This document shows, in pieces, positions 28,073 to 32,000 of a DNA stretch of 32,000 nucleotides (position 1 is the first letter of the stretch; every line of letters begins with the position of its first letter). The notes beneath the pieces are model-generated. The model worked only from the letters and a program-made list of their open reading frames with translations, searched no databases and had not been told where the DNA came from. A program made the position numbers and the translations under genes. Source of the DNA: Psychrobacter cryohalolentis K5. GTDB lineage: Bacteria; Pseudomonadota; Gammaproteobacteria; Pseudomonadales; Moraxellaceae. The stretch spans positions 750,001 to 782,000 of the forward strand of contig NC_007969.1 in NCBI RefSeq assembly GCF_000013905.1, given 5' to 3'.

Positions 28073-29929
28073 ATGAACAACCGCCCGCATCAAACACTTC
28101 CTACGCTTATCTGGCACTCTATCATGCAGACCATGGTCTTGGCTGTTTTGGCAGGTTTATTAGTGTCTTTTATTTATGGCTTTGTTCACTATTACAAAGA
28201 CACACGCCAGCATATTCAGGATTTAGCGACATTACTGACTATCAGCGCATCGATAGCAGATTCCACCGATATCGTCGATGAACAAATACGTTTTTTATTA
28301 GAAAAAGAGCAAGGCATTGAGAGTATTTTATTTTATACCACCTCTCAGCCTGTCGTTGATGCCAATCAATTAAGAGACGACTGGAAGAATGCTTTGTTTG
28401 CCAATAGGATTAGCTTTAATTATCCTGTCGTTGGCGATCCTACCAATAAGATTCTCTCATCGAAAGAAGATGCTTTGGTTGGTTATTTGAATATCACTTT
28501 AGATGTGGCGACGCTGCGTGAGAATTGGATTAAAAAGAACCTACTGCTATGGCTTATGACAACGCTATTGGCGATTATTTGGGCGTTGTTTATCCTGCGT
28601 AAGCTGAATTGGCCGTCAAAAGATATCGCCAATCTGACGGCAGCTTGCGATATAGTTATAAAAAATCCAGATATTGAGCAGTTACCTCTGATTCAACAGC
28701 GTTTTGAGTTTCAGGAGTTGGTACAGATTAAACAGGCTTTTATTACCCTATTTGATCGCCTGCAAATCGCAAAGCAAGATTATCAGGCACTTGCGGCTTT
28801 CGAGCAACAACTGCATCATAAAGATGTGTCGCTTGATGTGCAGCTACATAATTTTCAAAGTATGATTACTCATGAGCTAAAAACTTCGCTAAATGCGATC
28901 GTTGGCGGCTTACAGCTACTAGATGATGAAAAGTTAAATCACGAGCAAAGAGACGCGGTTGATATTATTCGAGAGGGTAGTGACAAACTGGTCTTAACCT
29001 TAGATCAAATTATTCAGTTAAATCAAATCCAGAAAGGTCAAATCAGCCTACATGTGCACGAATTTAATCCATTGCAACTAATCGCTGACTTATTGGCAGA
29101 GTTTGAGCCAGCTATTAAGAAAAAGGGCTTAACGTTAATCAGTCATATCCATCATATCGATTATATCCTCGAAGGCGATGCTGAAAGAATACAGCAAATT
29201 TTAGCGATACTGGTCAGTAACGCCATGAAGTTCACACCAGCAGGTCAAATCACCATTACGTCACAACTGACCCATTTTGATAACAGCAATCGCTGGCAGA
29301 TTAGCGTAAAGGACACTGGTATCGGGATTGATAGCAGTTTTATTGAAGATATTTTTAATCCATTTTTTCAGGTAGATTCATCGCAAACCCGTCAATACGA
29401 AGGGTCGGGAATTGGTCTGCCAGTGGTTAAGCAAATGGCTCAGCTGATGGGGGCTAGCATTGAAGTAGATAGCACTTTAGGTATTGGTACGAATTTTACA
29501 GTTACTATTCCTATGTCTAATCAACACCATTCTCAACAACAGCAACATCTGCGCGGCTTAAGAATTATTTATTACTACTATCATGAAAAAGGGTTGTTGG
29601 TAGATCAATTACAGCATTTGGGTGCTGATGTGGCCTGCTATCAACATGAACAGCTGGTTATCGATGAGGTACATGCGAAGCAATTTGACATGCTGATGTT
29701 TGCAGAAGATGTGTTCCCCAGAAAAGCAGCCTCATTAGCGAGTCATATTCGTGCGGCTGAGACAGAGTATCGAACGTTACTGGTGTTTTGGTATCCACAG
29801 CAGCAAGCAAAACATTTAGCCGATTTTGAGTTTGGTCTAAAGGCTGCAGGTATAGACTACTGCGAAGTTGCCAAATACGAAGACAAAGCGTTAAGTGATT
29901 TACTAAAAAGCTGGCTGACATGGTCATAA
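28073..29929 (+). CDS. Membrane sensor histidine kinase with a C-terminal receiver-like domain that appears degenerate
   Basis: Two TM segments flank a periplasmic region of about 130 aa. The H-box is SMITHELKTSLNAIVGG, the N-box is LVSNAMKFTP and the G-boxes are DTGIGI / GSGIGLPVVK. The C-terminal ~120 aa begin LRIIYYYYHEKG where a receiver normally has acidic residues. Confidence 0.85.
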   Translation: MNNRPHQTLPTLIWHSIMQTMVLAVLAGLLVSFIYGFVHYYKDTRQHIQDLATLLTISASIADSTDIVDEQIRFLLEKEQGIESILFYTTSQPVVDANQLRDDWKNALFANRISFNYPVVGDPTNKILSSKEDALVGYLNITLDVATLRENWIKKNLLLWLMTTLLAIIWALFILRKLNWPSKDIANLTAACDIVIKNPDIEQLPLIQQRFEFQELVQIKQAFITLFDRLQIAKQDYQALAAFEQQLHHKDVSLDVQLHNFQSMITHELKTSLNAIVGGLQLLDDEKLNHEQRDAVDIIREGSDKLVLTLDQIIQLNQIQKGQISLHVHEFNPLQLIADLLAEFEPAIKKKGLTLISHIHHIDYILEGDAERIQQILAILVSNAMKFTPAGQITITSQLTHFDNSNRWQISVKDTGIGIDSSFIEDIFNPFFQVDSSQTRQYEGSGIGLPVVKQMAQLMGASIEVDSTLGIGTNFTVTIPMSNQHHSQQQQHLRGLRIIYYYYHEKGLLVDQLQHLGADVACYQHEQLVIDEVHAKQFDMLMFAEDVFPRKAASLASHIRAAETEYRTLLVFWYPQQQAKHLADFEFGLKAAGIDYCEVAKYEDKALSDLLKSWLTWS

Positions 29930-29957
29930 AAATAGCGAGAAATATAAAATTTTAAAC

Positions 29958-29994
29958 ATAAAAAAGACGCCTTGATATGAGACGTCTTTTTTAT
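29958..29994. terminator. Bidirectional rho-independent terminator between the convergent kinase and carboxypeptidase genes
   Basis: AAAAAAGACG - loop - CGTCTTTTTT. Confidence 0.85.
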
Positions 29995-30041
29995 GTTGAA
30001 CTTCATGATAAAAGCATTATTTCAAAATGCTATCATTGTGC

Positions 30042-31208
30042 TTAAAATAAGTTCTGGGTCCAACGAGAAAAACGTTGCCAGATACGGCTCATAAAACCTG
30101 ATTGCTCAATGTCGCTTGTCGCAATCACAGGCACAGAAGCCACTGCTTTGCCATCTATCACAGCCATCATTTTACCGATTTCTTGACCCTTTTTGATAGG
30201 CGCTTCTAAGCTTTCAGGAATATCGACCACAGTAGTGATTTTATTCTTTTGTGTTTTAGTGGTCAAAATCTGCAAATTATCACCAGTCGCTACTTCTATC
30301 TCTTTTGCTTCACCAAACCAGACAGGAACTTTGCTGACAAACTGACCAGCAGGTGCTTGAGTAACCGTTGTGAAGTGACCAAAACCCCAATTGAGCAACT
30401 CACGCGACTGATCAGCACGTGCTTGCTGACTTTCAGTGCCCATAATGACAGAGATTAGGCGCATACCTTCACGGTTGCTTGAGGCTGCTAAGCAATACCC
30501 AGCTGCATCCGTATGTCCTGTTTTTAGACCATCAACAGTAGGGTCGGTGGCCAGTAGGGCATTACGATTACCTTGAGTAATACCGTTATAGGTAAACTCT
30601 TTTTCTGAATAAATGCTGTAGTAATCGCCGCTGTTTTTGATAATGGCGCGTGATAGCTTGGCCAAATCTAGAGCAGATGCTTGGTGACCCTCATCAGGCA
30701 TACCAGTAGAGTTGACGAAATGGGTATTCTTCATACCAATCTTTTGCGCTTGCTCATTCATCAAGATAGCAAACGATGCTTCGCTACCAGCGATATGCTC
30801 AGCCATTGCTTTTGAGGCGTCATTACCTGATTGAATAATAATACCGCGTAGCATATCTATAACACTCGCGCTCTTATTCACCGGTACATACATGCACGAC
30901 TGGCTACTACTGCCGCGGCACCAAGCACTTGGACTCATCAATACCTGATCGGTTTCTTTGAGATCGCCTGAAGCTAAGCGCTGTTCAATGATGTAACTGG
31001 TCATCATTTTGGTCAAAGATGCTGGCGGCAAGGCTTGATTGGCATTTTTCTGTGCCAAAATTTCACCCGTGTTATAGTCCATTAATACATACGCAGTATT
31101 TGCCATCTCAGGCGGCTGTATGGCTGCACTTGCCATCACTGCACCCATAGAAATACTGACACCCACTACCAGCTGCACCAGCTGTTTTTTCACACGCTTT
31201 ACTGTCAT
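30042..31208 (-). CDS. dacC: D-alanyl-D-alanine carboxypeptidase, PBP5/6 (peptidase S11) family
   Basis: It has a signal peptide, SLTKMMT (SxxK), SGND (SxN) and KTGHT (KTG) motifs, and a C-terminal amphipathic anchor. The dacA-versus-dacC assignment is nominal. Confidence 0.9.
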   Translation of the reverse strand: MTVKRVKKQLVQLVVGVSISMGAVMASAAIQPPEMANTAYVLMDYNTGEILAQKNANQALPPASLTKMMTSYIIEQRLASGDLKETDQVLMSPSAWCRGSSSQSCMYVPVNKSASVIDMLRGIIIQSGNDASKAMAEHIAGSEASFAILMNEQAQKIGMKNTHFVNSTGMPDEGHQASALDLAKLSRAIIKNSGDYYSIYSEKEFTYNGITQGNRNALLATDPTVDGLKTGHTDAAGYCLAASSNREGMRLISVIMGTESQQARADQSRELLNWGFGHFTTVTQAPAGQFVSKVPVWFGEAKEIEVATGDNLQILTTKTQKNKITTVVDIPESLEAPIKKGQEIGKMMAVIDGKAVASVPVIATSDIEQSGFMSRIWQRFSRWTQNLF

Positions 31209-31463
31209 AGATTGTTACACCGCATCATAAAACCAAATGTATCTGTCACTTGTCCCCAACACCATACCTTTACACAATCTTTGGCAGACTATGTTAAATC
31301 TCAGGTTAAACCATAGATTTTTTGAGAGTAGAGGAAACTAAAGCAACGGACATAAAATTAACGCCTTATCTTAGCAAAATGCCGCCCGATGGGGAAACGA
31401 TAAATACAATAAAATAAGACGTTATTAAAAATAAAGCGAATAATTTTATAAACTTCACTCATA

Positions 31464-31516
31464 AAAAAGCTTGCTGCTATCCTTATTAAATAATAGGGAT
31501 GGCAGCAAGCTTTTTG
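31464..31516. terminator. Long stem-loop flanked by A/T runs (bidirectional terminator-like)
   Basis: AAAAGCTTGCTGCTATCC ... GGATGGCAGCAAGCTTTT has 13 perfect bp, a G-U pair, then 4 more bp. It probably terminates the minus-strand gene ending at 31701, ahead of the dacC promoter region. Confidence 0.65.
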
Positions 31517-31700
31517 TAGCGAGTCATCTAAATAAACATTCAGCACTGGCTTATATAATACTTATTTGACCACTTTATACAGATATTAAAGAGATAAGAA
31601 AGTAGATTGTTATCATTAATTATGGCGATCTTTACCTCTTTAACCTCTTACTATGGCTTAAAAACGTATTTCGATAACATAGCGTATCAATAAAGGGCTA

Positions 31701-32000
31701 CTACTGATATTCAGCATTCGCTAAATCTTCACACAATGCTTTATTGTCTTGCTTAGAAAATCCCATCGTCCAGCTACGAATACCTTGCAGAATTTGACGA
31801 TAATCTTGCTGAGTAGATAAGTACTGGATAGCTGCTTTTGGGTCTTCTAATGATGGCATCAACTCATGAAGCTGCACGTTATAAGACTTATAAAAACGTT
31901 GCTTTTGCTTACCATTTAGCATCGGCGGGCATATCTCTGACAGCACTTGCATAACCGCAATTTCATGTTTTGTGATATTGATACCAGATAAATCTAAAGG
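31701..32000 (-). CDS. Hypothetical protein, C-terminal part (the ORF continues past the window end)
   Basis: The minus-strand frame stays open from 32000 down to the stop at 31701 (...LDLSGINITKHEIAVMQVLSEICPPMLNGKQKQRF...ANAEYQ*). I recognise no family. Confidence 0.45.
   Translation of the reverse strand, partial: PLDLSGINITKHEIAVMQVLSEICPPMLNGKQKQRFYKSYNVQLHELMPSLEDPKAAIQYLSTQQDYRQILQGIRSWTMGFSKQDNKALCEDLANAEYQ

Noticed and set aside
31358-31546. 62-aa minus-strand ORF in the dacC upstream region
   Set aside because: It reads straight through both arms of the 31464-31516 stem-loop, has no ribosome-binding site and has AT-rich junk-like composition.

Overview
This window looks like a gammaproteobacterial chromosome segment. 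Gene order and codon usage suggest Moraxellaceae (Psychrobacter- or Acinetobacter-like), but that is inference only. From 1 to about 7.7 kb it holds the 3' edge of a surface-polysaccharide locus. An IS pile-up (a transposase tail plus a complete IS630-family element whose transposase is split at an A8 run) precedes a very AT-rich Wzy/EpsG-like membrane protein, a GT4 glycosyltransferase, a PglC/PglD/PglE-like initiating-transferase, acetyltransferase and aminotransferase trio, and wzi. The rest is mostly conserved housekeeping: folD, a psiE-like gene, corA, a DUF2237 gene, hisZ-purA, an LprI/DUF1311 gene, ndk, then the classic rlmN-pilW-rodZ-ispG-hisS-yfgM-bamB-der block. After that come an orphan sensor kinase, a PBP5/6-type carboxypeptidase and a window-truncated ORF. 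The one clearly accessory insertion in the core block is a standalone IS200/IS605-family tnpB. It has no tnpA, keeps an intact RuvC triad and zinc finger, and has a structured right end finishing in TCAA that would encode the omega RNA. It sits between rlmN and pilW. I saw no tRNA or rRNA genes, no CRISPR array, and no convincing novel multi-gene system. The best second-look items are the TnpB/omega-RNA element and its boundaries, a roughly 150-bp compound palindromic element upstream of folD, the hairpin cluster in the long bamB-der spacer, and the polysaccharide module that lacks its 4,6-dehydratase. All homology statements come from motif recognition by eye, not from database searches.
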